From NCBI GenBank assembly GCA_038245785.1, contig JBBRSB010000007.1, positions 1-64,000 on the forward strand: a stretch of 64,000 bases of DNA, in the 5' to 3' direction. Positions 22,093-30,499 of this stretch are shown piece by piece; positions within the stretch are counted from its first letter, which is position 1; each line of letters opens with the position of its first letter. Below the pieces are notes generated by a model. That model was not told the origin of the DNA and did no database searches. It saw only the letters and a list, made by a program, of their open reading frames with translations. Made by a program: the position numbers and the translations under genes. Origin of the DNA: Gloeobacterales cyanobacterium. GTDB taxonomy: Bacteria > Cyanobacteriota > Cyanobacteriia > Gloeobacterales > PMM-0068.

Positions 22093-22620
22093 TTAAGCAA
22101 TTAGAGCCTTAATATTTTCTTGGAAATTTGGCTCCACCTTTTGCCACCTCTTAGCACTATTAACGTCCATGTTAGTTTTGGCAATCTCTATTAGTGCATC
22201 ATCAATCGAATACGTTTTGGCTTCTCTCAACCAGATTAATATTTCTGCTAAGTGCCAAATAGAAGGGGTGCCCTCATAAACAGGAAGTGGAGATCTTGGC
22301 TCATTGGTTACGATCAGCTTCCTGATATTTTGTCGGGTGCATCCAAGAATTTTGGCTACATCTGTTAAACCAACAAAATCTGGTGTAGCTTCAATCAAAG
22401 TAGCATTTGGAATAACTCTTTTAACGTTAGCAATAGCGCTAGAAACAGCTTCATAAGCCGATGATGCTTCACGAATAAAGTTTAGTGAAATATATCCTTT
22501 CCTTCCAACTCCAATTAAGGCATCGTCACAACCGCCTTCATGCAGTTTCTCAACATAAATATCAGGATTATCTTGAGAATTTTGGAGATTAAACTTTAAG
22601 GTAAAATCATACTCTTTCAT
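22093..22620 (-). CDS. HicB-like/HTH DNA-binding protein (putative antitoxin)
   Basis: GCDDALIGVG..G...L.F.REA, PDFVGLTDVAKILGCTRQNIRKL HTH. Confidence 0.7.
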   Translation of the reverse strand: MKEYDFTLKFNLQNSQDNPDIYVEKLHEGGCDDALIGVGRKGYISLNFIREASSAYEAVSSAIANVKRVIPNATLIEATPDFVGLTDVAKILGCTRQNIRKLIVTNEPRSPLPVYEGTPSIWHLAEILIWLREAKTYSIDDALIEIAKTNMDVNSAKRWQKVEPNFQENIKALIA

Positions 22621-22623
22621 TGA

Positions 22624-22896
22624 TCATTCCTCCTCTTCGCTAGAATCATCCGCAACGTTATACCTTGTACAGTTATCAACTATTCGGCGAATCTGCTTCG
22701 CATGATTTCCTGCATTTTTAGGGGTACTCCACACACTAGATATACAAAAATTTCCACATCTACACTCTTTATCGTTGTAAGGGCAATAGAGCTTACCCCA
22801 AGCATGCGAGCCACCAACATCTACACGCCAGCCATTTTGCTCGGCATACTTTAACGCAGCTTCAATCTCTTGTTTTGGGTGAGATCGTCTTCCCAT
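22624..22896 (-). CDS. Cys-rich HicA-like putative toxin
   Basis: GWRV..GGSHAWGKLYCP...CRCG.FC..SVWSTPKN; 3 bp upstream of its partner. Confidence 0.6.
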   Translation of the reverse strand: MGRRSHPKQEIEAALKYAEQNGWRVDVGGSHAWGKLYCPYNDKECRCGNFCISSVWSTPKNAGNHAKQIRRIVDNCTRYNVADDSSEEEE

Positions 22897-23091
22897 AACA
22901 ACCTTTATTTATACAAACTAGACCCAAAACGATTGGTTGTCAAGTGACAACTGCCCGTACAGGCATATTCAGTGTCTATAGTTTTATGCCATCTAAAAAT
23001 GCCGTTCACATGTTGCTAACAGCTAATCACCTCTACAGCATACTAGGCAGACAGCCTCGACCTATACTACCCATATCTAATGAACCGAAGA

Positions 23092-23178
23092 ACTGAACCT
23101 AAGTGCGGACCCAGACGTCTAGAGACATATCAAGTTAATTCAGACATTTTCCTATTCTGGCTGAGCAAACTGTTATGA
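23092..23178 (-). repeat. attC-like site, family A
   Basis: Minus strand: TCATAAC-5nt-GCTCAGCC...GGGTCCGC-6nt-GTTCAGT. Confidence 0.65.
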
Positions 23179-23273
23179 GCTTTTACACAATCTCACGCAT
23201 TATTGTGCTGCTGGCGCAATTGCATATAGTACTGCTACAGAAAAGATTGTGCGATTCAAGCAATTGATTCACA

Positions 23274-23645
23274 TTACTCTGGCTTCCAAACAATTTGAGA
23301 TTGCCTTGCAAGCGAGCCTGCCAATCGTTCCGCCTCGGCTAGATCATCTTCTCGATACGGTAATCCTACGACATTGGCATGATTCACAGAATCCTGTTCC
23401 ACATCCAAGCCAACCTCGCGCACACCCCTGACTTCAAGACTGGCAACTCAATAACACTTGCGAAACAGTTCTGCACACTGCTTTGGAGAACATACATTTG
23501 CTAGGTTCACTGAAAGCCCACGCTCGTTGACTCGTAGAAAATAGGCATCTGCCTTCACTCTTCCTGTATCCTCATTAATCCATTGTTTCCGAAGCAGTGC
23601 TCGATAGACGATGGCATTGTCTGAAAGGGGATCAAACTACCTCAT
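23274..23645 (-). pseudogene. Hypothetical protein with ART-like motif order and two in-frame stops
   Basis: MR*FDPL...IVYRA...AYFLR..ERGLSV...KCY*VASL...NHANVVGLP; stops at 23637-39 and 23448-50. Confidence 0.65.
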
Positions 23646-24034
23646 GCTTGATTCAACCATTCCAACCACTGCAAGAGGGTAGAGACTGTTATCTCTCGTT
23701 CTACCGCATAATTGTTTCCTAGCTCGTGGTATAGGTAGGCTTGCTGGTCAGCACGAGCAGGACAAAGCAGCCGGACTTCGCATTCTGGCTCTAGCTTGCT
23801 TCATGTCAGTCGAATACTGCCTTCCTTATCCGTGGAAATCGATGCTCTTGGAAAGCGCTCGCCCATTGCATCGTAGGCTTCCACAACAAATCCCATCGCC
23901 AACTTAAATGCAACCTGACTCGGTTGTAAAACTCCATACTCACCCGTCTCATCCTCTTCTAAGAGAGCAACGAGGCGTTTCAAAGTCACCGTAATCGGGC
24001 TACTGGATGGTCTAGCCGATTGAGCAATAGTCAT
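23642..24034 (-). pseudogene. Hypothetical partner protein with one in-frame stop
   Basis: Frame continues past TGA 23801-03 to LQWLEWLNQA*, ending in an ATGA overlap with the next gene. Confidence 0.7.
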
Positions 24035-24099
24035 AAACTCAAGGAAATTCAAGAGGTAAGCTAACAACGAGCTTAACATAAGCAATAAGGCAGATTGCA

Positions 24100-24222
24100 G
24101 GAGGGGACAAGTTGATCATAAAAATCAAACATAGAGCAACATTGAAACTAAATGAATTTTAATTCCATTTCCCTATAGATAATCTTGCAGACACACCCCC
24201 AATAATAACCTAGCAAGCTAAC
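24100..24222. repeat. Repeat family C (second copy 29060-29172)
   Basis: Shared AAAATCAAACATAGAGCAACATTG...AGATAA...CAAGCTAAC; homology ends at GCTAAC. Confidence 0.85.
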
Positions 24223-24283
24223 ACCCTGACTGACCGTGATAATCAGAGTGACTCACTTGTCACAGTCAATCCAACTGTTATTT
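24216..24283 (-). repeat. attC-like site after the NACHT gene
   Basis: Minus strand: AAATAAC...TGACTGTGACAA...TTATCACGGTCA...GTTAGCT imperfect hairpin, 8 bp after the stop codon. Confidence 0.7.
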
Positions 24284-24291
24284 CTCGAATT

Positions 24292-26034
24292 TTAAAGAGC
24301 TACTAAGTTAATTATATCTCCATCACTCTTATCAATATCATCTATCTGTAAAGTCAAGCGTTCAATTAATTGTTGACCAACATTTTTGTATGCAATCACC
24401 TTTAACTTAATCTCACCCATTGGAAGTGTAGACAGAATATGAAGAAATGTAGATTCTTCAAGTTCATTGTCCGAAAGAATAGGCATCGACAGTTTCTCTA
24501 AAATGATTTTTTCAAATAGGTCACTGCAACTACAGTCTTTCATCAAAACTCTAGATATGAGAAAAACTTTCATATAAGTTAGGTATGCTAAGTTATCAGT
24601 TAAGTCAGTGGTGCCCAATACTGTAACTAATTTTGAACTAAGATCCTGTAATAGGGGGATAGTTAGCAACTTATGGAAATTCTTATAATCCAATTCTGCT
24701 AACAAACTAAAGAAGTGATCTTTTTCTAACAAAGCCTGGTAGCCCTTCAAGATTTGATCAACAAGTTTTTTATAAATTGTATGCTTATTTTCAGAACTTA
24801 ATTTCTCAACATAGCATGCAGCAAAGTATTCTTGCAGAGATCTGTGAGGAAAAGTATAATCAAGCCCTTCCTTATTAAGAATACCAATTGCAACTTGCAT
24901 GTCTTCAATCAGCTTATCATTGTCAAAGGTAAATTTTTGTTTTCTATTTTTAATTTCGTTGAATTTCATATTTATATACTGAGAAGTAAAAATGTATTCT
25001 TGTTCGAAAAAAGAAATATAAGAAAATATTCTTAGAATCTCTTCAAAAAGTTCTTTGGTTAATCCGCTTTGTTTTTCTCTTACATATGCCATTTTTGACA
25101 TGCTATCGTGAAGTGAAAACAGAGCGTTAAAAACTTGATTATAAAATTCACTTCTCCTTTGTGGAATTGCAGAATAGGTTTGGAATGTCAAAATAAACAT
25201 AGAAAGCAGCAGAGGATTGCTTAGGAACGTTTTATAATTCGAGTTTTCTCTCTTTGCGATTGCAGACGTTATTTTATCTGCTAATTCAGTTTCTTCTTTC
25301 GGTATTTGTTTTTTCACAAAATCGTTGATTTCATTATTTTCTAAGTCACATATAAAATAATTTTTGAAAGTTGACATCATTTCTATGTTTGTATTTGGCC
25401 TCGACGTGATCAAATAATAGTTCTGCGCATATCGATTCACAAAAATATCTATCTCGTTGGTTAGACTTTGTTTCTTTGTTGAATTGATTTCATCATATCC
25501 ATCAAAAAAGAAAAGGAAATTATCTGATTCAAACATCCTTTCTATAATGGCATCAGTAAATCCGATTTTGTTAAATTTTACAATTTCATTTACTATGTAA
25601 GACTTCAAACTTCCAGAATAATCATTTAAATAACGAAGTTCTACTCTAACAGGAATTTTGAATCCTTCAATAAAGCATCTTGTGATTAAGTATTTGACCA
25701 AAGTGCTTTTACCACTACCTGCAAAACCTATTAGGGTAATTTGTTTTTCTTTTGAAAACAGCTTAGAGACCAATTTTGTAGTTTTTCTTGTGTTTCTATT
25801 CCTTGCGTCAACTTCACGAATAAATAGTGGCTGATAAAATTCTTCAAGGCTTTTTGGTTCTGATCTATGAAGAATTGTTTTTGAAAAACGATTTCGCTTA
25901 TACTCTGATTCTTGATATTCAGATATCCGACTAAGGAAAACTTGTTTCAACTCAGAACCGATAAACTGCAATAAGCTATTTATCGACCCCTTCAAGGCAT
26001 CTTTGAGATCGACGATATCTAGTCCGTCAGTCAT
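24292..26034 (-). CDS. NACHT-domain (STAND) NTPase, candidate anti-phage gene
   Basis: GFAGSGKS, FFFDGYDE, ITSRP, NPLLL, FPHRSLQEYFAA; markedly AT-rich. Confidence 0.88.
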   Translation of the reverse strand: MTDGLDIVDLKDALKGSINSLLQFIGSELKQVFLSRISEYQESEYKRNRFSKTILHRSEPKSLEEFYQPLFIREVDARNRNTRKTTKLVSKLFSKEKQITLIGFAGSGKSTLVKYLITRCFIEGFKIPVRVELRYLNDYSGSLKSYIVNEIVKFNKIGFTDAIIERMFESDNFLFFFDGYDEINSTKKQSLTNEIDIFVNRYAQNYYLITSRPNTNIEMMSTFKNYFICDLENNEINDFVKKQIPKEETELADKITSAIAKRENSNYKTFLSNPLLLSMFILTFQTYSAIPQRRSEFYNQVFNALFSLHDSMSKMAYVREKQSGLTKELFEEILRIFSYISFFEQEYIFTSQYINMKFNEIKNRKQKFTFDNDKLIEDMQVAIGILNKEGLDYTFPHRSLQEYFAACYVEKLSSENKHTIYKKLVDQILKGYQALLEKDHFFSLLAELDYKNFHKLLTIPLLQDLSSKLVTVLGTTDLTDNLAYLTYMKVFLISRVLMKDCSCSDLFEKIILEKLSMPILSDNELEESTFLHILSTLPMGEIKLKVIAYKNVGQQLIERLTLQIDDIDKSDGDIINLVAL

Positions 26035-26058
26035 TTATTATCTCCTCGTCTTCCGTAA

Positions 26059-26148
26059 ATTTAACTATTTATTAGACTGACTTTTTCTTTCTAACTACCC
26101 AGTTTGGAGATCTTAGGCTGAAAAAGTCTGCCTGATCACCCGTACAGC
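26059..26148 (-). repeat. attC-like site, family B (other copies 30225-30314, partial about 23020-23045)
   Basis: Minus strand: GCTGTAC-5nt-ATCAGGCA GACTTTTTC...GAAAAAGTC AGTCTAAT-5nt-GTTAAAT. Confidence 0.65.
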
Positions 26149-26210
26149 ATACTAGGCCGATAAACCTTGCGTATACTACCACTTAAGAGAATTAGATGCC
26201 GTCTTGGAGG

Positions 26211-27227
26211 TCAAGGGGTAATACTCAAATAATTAGGGTCAAAGGGCTTCCCAGACTTGAGGACCCCAAAGATGAGATGGGCTAGTTTCCGCATCGCTGC
26301 CACAATCACCTGCATCTTGTTCTTCCCTTTGCTCAACAGCCGCTCACAAAAGGTCTTGATGGGGGGATTGAACCGTTGAGACACCATGGCTGGCATATAT
26401 AGTGCTTTGCGCAAGCGACCATTGCCGGTTCGAGAAATTCGGCTTCGCCCGCGCACTGAAGTACCAGAGGTCTTTTCCTGGGGAGTCAATCCCATATAAG
26501 CAGCAAGTTGTTTGGCATCCACAAATGCATCCCAGGACTGCACCTCAGCCAAAATAACGGATGCGGTAACCCTTCGGCAGGGCTCAGGGGCCACTTCACC
26601 AATTCCAGGAATGCTCCTCAGCAAGTCCTCCTGCTTGAGGCCAGGATGTTGGTCAAAGTGGTCGCGGATAAGTTGTTTGGTTTTCTGGATGTCTTGCTCC
26701 AAGTAGTCCAGATGTTCCTTTATCAGGGTCGCCACCTGCTCGGTGGAAACGGCTAGGCGGTTGTTTTCTTGCTGGCGCATGGCATTCAACGCCTCTAGGC
26801 GGCGGACTAAAGCCTGTAGATGCTTGACCTCGGGGGCAGAGGGCGTCCAAGGCGCAGGCCGCAGGGCAGCACAAAACCGAGCAATGAGGGCGGCATCCAC
26901 CTGGTCATTTTTGGTACGAAGCAGTTCACTTCTGGCAAATCCGTGGCCCCTGAGCCCTGCCGAAGGGAGGACACGAGCTGGATTGACCATGCTCACGGTG
27001 TGGTTGGCTTGGTAGAGCACTTCGGCCACGGCGTCTCCATAGACCCCCGTAGCTTCTAAGCAGGCATGAACGGGACTCACCTGATGGTGATTCAACCAAA
27101 TCAGTAATTCTTGATGCCCCTCTGGAGTATTGGGTATGACTTTGGGTTTGGATTTGCCGTTGGGCAACAGCAAGGCAATATGCAGTTTACTCTTACCCAC
27201 ATCGATGCCAAGGACAGGTTGGGACAT
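26211..27227 (-). CDS. IS110 DEDD recombinase
   Basis: GIDVGK, LEATG, KNDQVDA, SIPGIG, KTSGTS, AAMRKL; two 24-nt in-frame insertions. Confidence 0.93.
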   Translation of the reverse strand: MSQPVLGIDVGKSKLHIALLLPNGKSKPKVIPNTPEGHQELLIWLNHHQVSPVHACLEATGVYGDAVAEVLYQANHTVSMVNPARVLPSAGLRGHGFARSELLRTKNDQVDAALIARFCAALRPAPWTPSAPEVKHLQALVRRLEALNAMRQQENNRLAVSTEQVATLIKEHLDYLEQDIQKTKQLIRDHFDQHPGLKQEDLLRSIPGIGEVAPEPCRRVTASVILAEVQSWDAFVDAKQLAAYMGLTPQEKTSGTSVRGRSRISRTGNGRLRKALYMPAMVSQRFNPPIKTFCERLLSKGKNKMQVIVAAMRKLAHLIFGVLKSGKPFDPNYLSITP

Positions 27228-27264
27228 GGTGAACATCTCCTCTCTTGGGTTCATTAGGCAGACT

Positions 27265-27470
27265 GGGCCCACAACTACCCTTATGAATGCAGGCTCACCC
27301 ATGCTCTGGGGGCCTAAGATGCCGTTCAGCTTGGGAGGACCAATCAATCAAGGCAGAAGGGACTTATCTAATCAACAGGCTCATCGCCTAGGCAGACAAA
27401 CAGCCTCACTTCTGCTTCCTACTTCCTCTGTAGGAAATAGACCTGGAACCAGTATTACCTGGTTACCCGG
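27265..27470 (-). ncRNA. IS110 bridge RNA (boundaries approximate)
   Basis: Guides match this element's own junctions: TTGTCTGCCT (27390-99) and GATTAG (27368-73) for the target; ACGGCATCT (27317-25) and ATAAG (27280-84) for the donor. Confidence 0.85.
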
Positions 27471-27516
27471 TTAACGCTCAAGATACAAGGCAGACAACCT
27501 CGGTCTATATTCCAGT

Positions 27517-27604
27517 GCATAACGGAGGATTTGCACAAAGACTAGTAGAAGCCTAAGATCTATCACTCTGATGTTGCATTTCGTCACTGTGCCCTTAGTC
27601 CAGC
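27517..27604 (-). repeat. attC-like site after hicB (partial relative at 30389-30440)
   Basis: Minus strand: GCTGGAC...GCACAGTGAC...GTCTTTGTGC...GTTATGC. Confidence 0.5.
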
Positions 27605-27606
27605 AA

Positions 27607-28023
27607 CTATTCAAGCGTGAGCACCAAGCGCTTGCCAAGAGCCGCTGCCGCCCGATCAAGGGTTTTAAGCGATGGCCAGTGAGAGGGATTCTCAAGCCTC
27701 TTTGCTGAGGGCCACGAGGTTTCCAACGCCCTGGCAAGATCAGACAAGCTTCGCTCTCCTCGCGCCAGACGTAGCAGCATGGCAGCCTGTGTCTTGGCGT
27801 CAGGTGCTACATAATAAGCGCCTTGCACCCTCTGGCTTGGGGCGGAAATATCCTTCGCCTGATCAATCCGCCAAGCCAGCATTGACGACAACACCTCGAC
27901 TGCGTTAAACAATGCTTCCTCTATCGTTTCACCCTCAGTAAAGGTATCAGGGAGATCAACGAAAGTTACAAAAAAGCTTCCATCGGGCTGCTGGTCTATG
28001 ATTGCTGGGTATTTAATTTCCAT
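27607..28023 (-). CDS. hicB: HicB-family antitoxin with C-terminal HTH
   Basis: FVDLPDTFTEGETIEEA; SLSDLARALETSWPSAKRLEN..HWPSLKTL. Confidence 0.88.
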   Translation of the reverse strand: MEIKYPAIIDQQPDGSFFVTFVDLPDTFTEGETIEEALFNAVEVLSSMLAWRIDQAKDISAPSQRVQGAYYVAPDAKTQAAMLLRLARGERSLSDLARALETSWPSAKRLENPSHWPSLKTLDRAAAALGKRLVLTLE

Positions 28024-28031
28024 AATGCACC

Positions 28032-28100
28032 TCAATTAAGTTTGACACCTGTCTGCTTCTGAATAGCGGAGAGCAAACTCTGCCCAAGGTCGCGTGTACC
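28032..28100 (-). pseudogene. hicA 3' remnant
   Basis: GTRDLGQSLLSAIQKQTGVKLN*; 5' part absent. Confidence 0.7.
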
Positions 28101-28197
28101 AATATATCTTTAATGATATATCAAAAATAGTTAATCTTCATCGCCGTGGGGAAGACTACGTTGGGCTTCTCCATGCTCAGGACTATCAGGCTAGGGA

Positions 28198-28284
28198 ATT
28201 GAACCGAAGGGCTTACCCAGACGTCTGGAGACATGTTTGTTTGATTCAGACATTTTCCTATTCCGGTTGAGCGAGCCGTTATGA
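28198..28284 (-). repeat. attC-like site, family A
   Basis: Minus strand: TCATAAC-5nt-GCTCAACCGGA...TCTGGGTAAGC-6nt-GTTCAAT. Confidence 0.7.
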
Positions 28285-28334
28285 GTTCTTACACAGTCTT
28301 GTGTCTTGTCTGGTGTCCGGCAATTGCAACTAGC

Positions 28335-28763
28335 TTATTCCGAGACTATAGCTTTTGGGCTAATCTCAAGCTGTAATTGTGAACGGTAGAAACAAACATT
28401 GAACTCCATGAAAAAGTTCACTTGTCCTAAAATAAGCGGCACATTTTTAGCTTGTGTCCACGCAAAAACCAGTTTTACAGGCTCAAACTGACCGACTAAG
28501 GCTTGAACAACCACAACACGCGCTTCGTACTGAGCTAAGTTTCCTGTCAAACTCAGTGCTGTTGTTTGCTGTTCCCAGTTATACCCAAGCTCAACTCCCA
28601 CCAAATACGGAAGCACATTTACGCTTGCTCCAGTGTCCAGTAAACCAGATGCTGTAACAGAAGCTTGCTGATGAACCAGAGTAAGGGGCAAGAATGGACG
28701 AAAACTAGCTTCACCTAATGCAGCACCACTAGAGATGAATGAATATCGTTCAGAGTTACGCAT
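28335..28763 (-). CDS. Retropepsin-like (clan AA) aspartic protease
   Basis: LLDTGASVNVLP catalytic motif and PLILGQ..FF..F. Confidence 0.8.
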   Translation of the reverse strand: MRNSERYSFISSGAALGEASFRPFLPLTLVHQQASVTASGLLDTGASVNVLPYLVGVELGYNWEQQTTALSLTGNLAQYEARVVVVQALVGQFEPVKLVFAWTQAKNVPLILGQVNFFMEFNVCFYRSQLQLEISPKAIVSE

Positions 28764-28971
28764 GGTCTTGATTTTTAGCAGCTTGTAGCACTTTTAACAT
28801 GGTATCGGCTGCTTCAACCGCGTCATAGGGCGACCACACTGGATAAGATTGGTCAGGTTTAATTAAATTCGTTTCTTGTTGAGCTAGTCCCGAGATTAAA
28901 ACTTGCATGACATAGAATTTCTCTTCACGACTCAGCCCCTGCAATGTCGAGATTAGTTCTGGTGAAACCAT
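28756..28971 (-). CDS. Small hypothetical partner protein (antitoxin-like)
   Basis: LSREEKFYVMQVL..., YPVWSPYD; overlaps the protease start. Confidence 0.75.
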   Translation of the reverse strand: MVSPELISTLQGLSREEKFYVMQVLISGLAQQETNLIKPDQSYPVWSPYDAVEAADTMLKVLQAAKNQDHA

Positions 28972-29165
28972 GCAAAGCACTCCATGTTGGCTAGGTTGCC
29001 CTATCTATTCTAATTGACCTAGAGATTATCTATCAATATCACCGCAAATGAGATAGTAGAAGGAGCAAATTGTTCATAAAATCAAACATAGAGCAACATT
29101 GGAACTTAAACAAATTTCACCTCAATTTCCCCACAGATAACCTTGTGTACCCACACCAATAGCCA

Positions 29166-29208
29166 AGCTAACTTTCGACGTGAGGCGAGGACCGACGGAG
29201 GGGTTAGG
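29166..29208 (-). repeat. Short (probably internally deleted) attC containing the DUF4365 stop codon
   Basis: Minus strand: ACCTAAC CCTCCGTC...GCCTCACGTCGAAA GTTAGCT; the TAA stop lies within the RYYYAAC box. Confidence 0.75.
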
Positions 29209-30205
29209 TGTCATGCTTGATGTTGAGCAAGTCCATAACTGCGAATGTGATTCGTTTATTCTCTTCGATGCTCATACCAAGCGAGTCTGTCATTGCATTC
29301 AGTCTTGGCCGGTTCTTCACAAGCACATCGAGTATCCGCTTGAGATCGACCGTTATGTCTACTTTTCCGTGCACCTTTGGCTTTCCATTGGTTCGCTTTG
29401 CACGGCACAGGCAGAAAAAATATGTCCGAAGCCCGTACGAACTTGATTGAGTGTTGCAGAAAAAGAACCAGTGCTCAATCAATTGGTCGGCGATTTTGAA
29501 CCACTTTCTGACTCGGGGGATTTCCCAGAGTTCACGCGGATCGTTGTGATAGCCAGCTACGCTAAGTTCTATCCGTCCCTGGAACTTCCTACTTAGTGCC
29601 TCGTTTGACACAATTCGCTGAAAGAATGTAGATAACGGCAATGGGTCAAGGCTCTCGATATCACTTCGATCTATAGCGTAGTAGATAGATTCAAAGGTGG
29701 CTAATGTTTCATTGAAAGACCAATGAGCTTGAAGTGCATCGGAATGGTCGACAGCAGGGCCAACTATTTCTAGAAAATCACTTTTCGTACCGAGTGATAG
29801 TTTGTTCTTCTTCGGGACTGAAATCTTCCAACCAGTGGAAGTCCTCTCAGTTTTTGCGCCCTCAAAACGCACCCAGTAGGATGCCTTGCATTCTGGGTTG
29901 TGGATCAGCAAGATGATGGGAACGGCCGAGTTCAGATAATAATTTAGATGTTTTGTCTCACCATAGTAAGTGAAGCTGGAGGGCGTCTCCGTTGAGAAAT
30001 AAGATGCTCCACTCTTGATTTGTATCGCTAGAGTTTGACCCGTCACTCCTCCATTTTCAGTAACGACATCGATTCCGAAGTTGTATTCCGTGTGGTTGCG
30101 TCTGAATATCCAGCCAAAAACATCATTAACAATCTGAGAAACTGCGTTAACTCCGGCATCGCCGCTACGGGCTGTCTTGGAATATAACGGAAACGGCTGG
30201 CTCAT
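29204..30205 (-). CDS. DUF4365-type PD-(D/E)XK nuclease with DUF1817-like C-terminus
   Basis: FGID...AIQIKSG.SYF, HLNYY; GYHNDPRELWEIPRVRKWF. Confidence 0.75.
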   Translation of the reverse strand: MSQPFPLYSKTARSGDAGVNAVSQIVNDVFGWIFRRNHTEYNFGIDVVTENGGVTGQTLAIQIKSGASYFSTETPSSFTYYGETKHLNYYLNSAVPIILLIHNPECKASYWVRFEGAKTERTSTGWKISVPKKNKLSLGTKSDFLEIVGPAVDHSDALQAHWSFNETLATFESIYYAIDRSDIESLDPLPLSTFFQRIVSNEALSRKFQGRIELSVAGYHNDPRELWEIPRVRKWFKIADQLIEHWFFFCNTQSSSYGLRTYFFCLCRAKRTNGKPKVHGKVDITVDLKRILDVLVKNRPRLNAMTDSLGMSIEENKRITFAVMDLLNIKHDT

Positions 30206-30224
30206 GAGAGTAAGTGTTGATGAT

Positions 30225-30486
30225 ACATAAATATTTATTAGATTGACTTTCTCTGTCTACCCACCCAATTTAGGGATCTTAAGCTAAAGAAGTCGTTATA
30301 ATCACCTGCACAGCAGGCTAGGCAGTCAAGTTCACCTTATGGTACCCACTAAGAGGATTAGACAGACGACCTCAATGTAAATTCCAGTGGATAACGGAGG
30401 ATCTGCTCAGGATTTGGCTATTAGCATGGCTGAGTTTACGGAATTGAACCGAAGGGCTTACTCAGACGTCTGAGTAACTATCAATC
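30225..30486 (-). repeat. ORF-less stack of attC-like repeats including an empty IS110-like site
   Basis: Family B copy 30225-30314, CGTCTGT-CT-AATCC at 30355-30368, partial family A copy from 30443 with palindrome TTACTCAGACGTCTGAGTAA. Confidence 0.7.
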
Positions 30487-30499
30487 ACATAAACCATGC

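Larger units (their letters stand above)
26194..27489 (-). mobile_element. IS110-family (IS621-like) insertion sequence
   Basis: CT core (minus strand) at both ends; removing the element restores a sequence homologous to 30350-30400. Confidence 0.9.
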
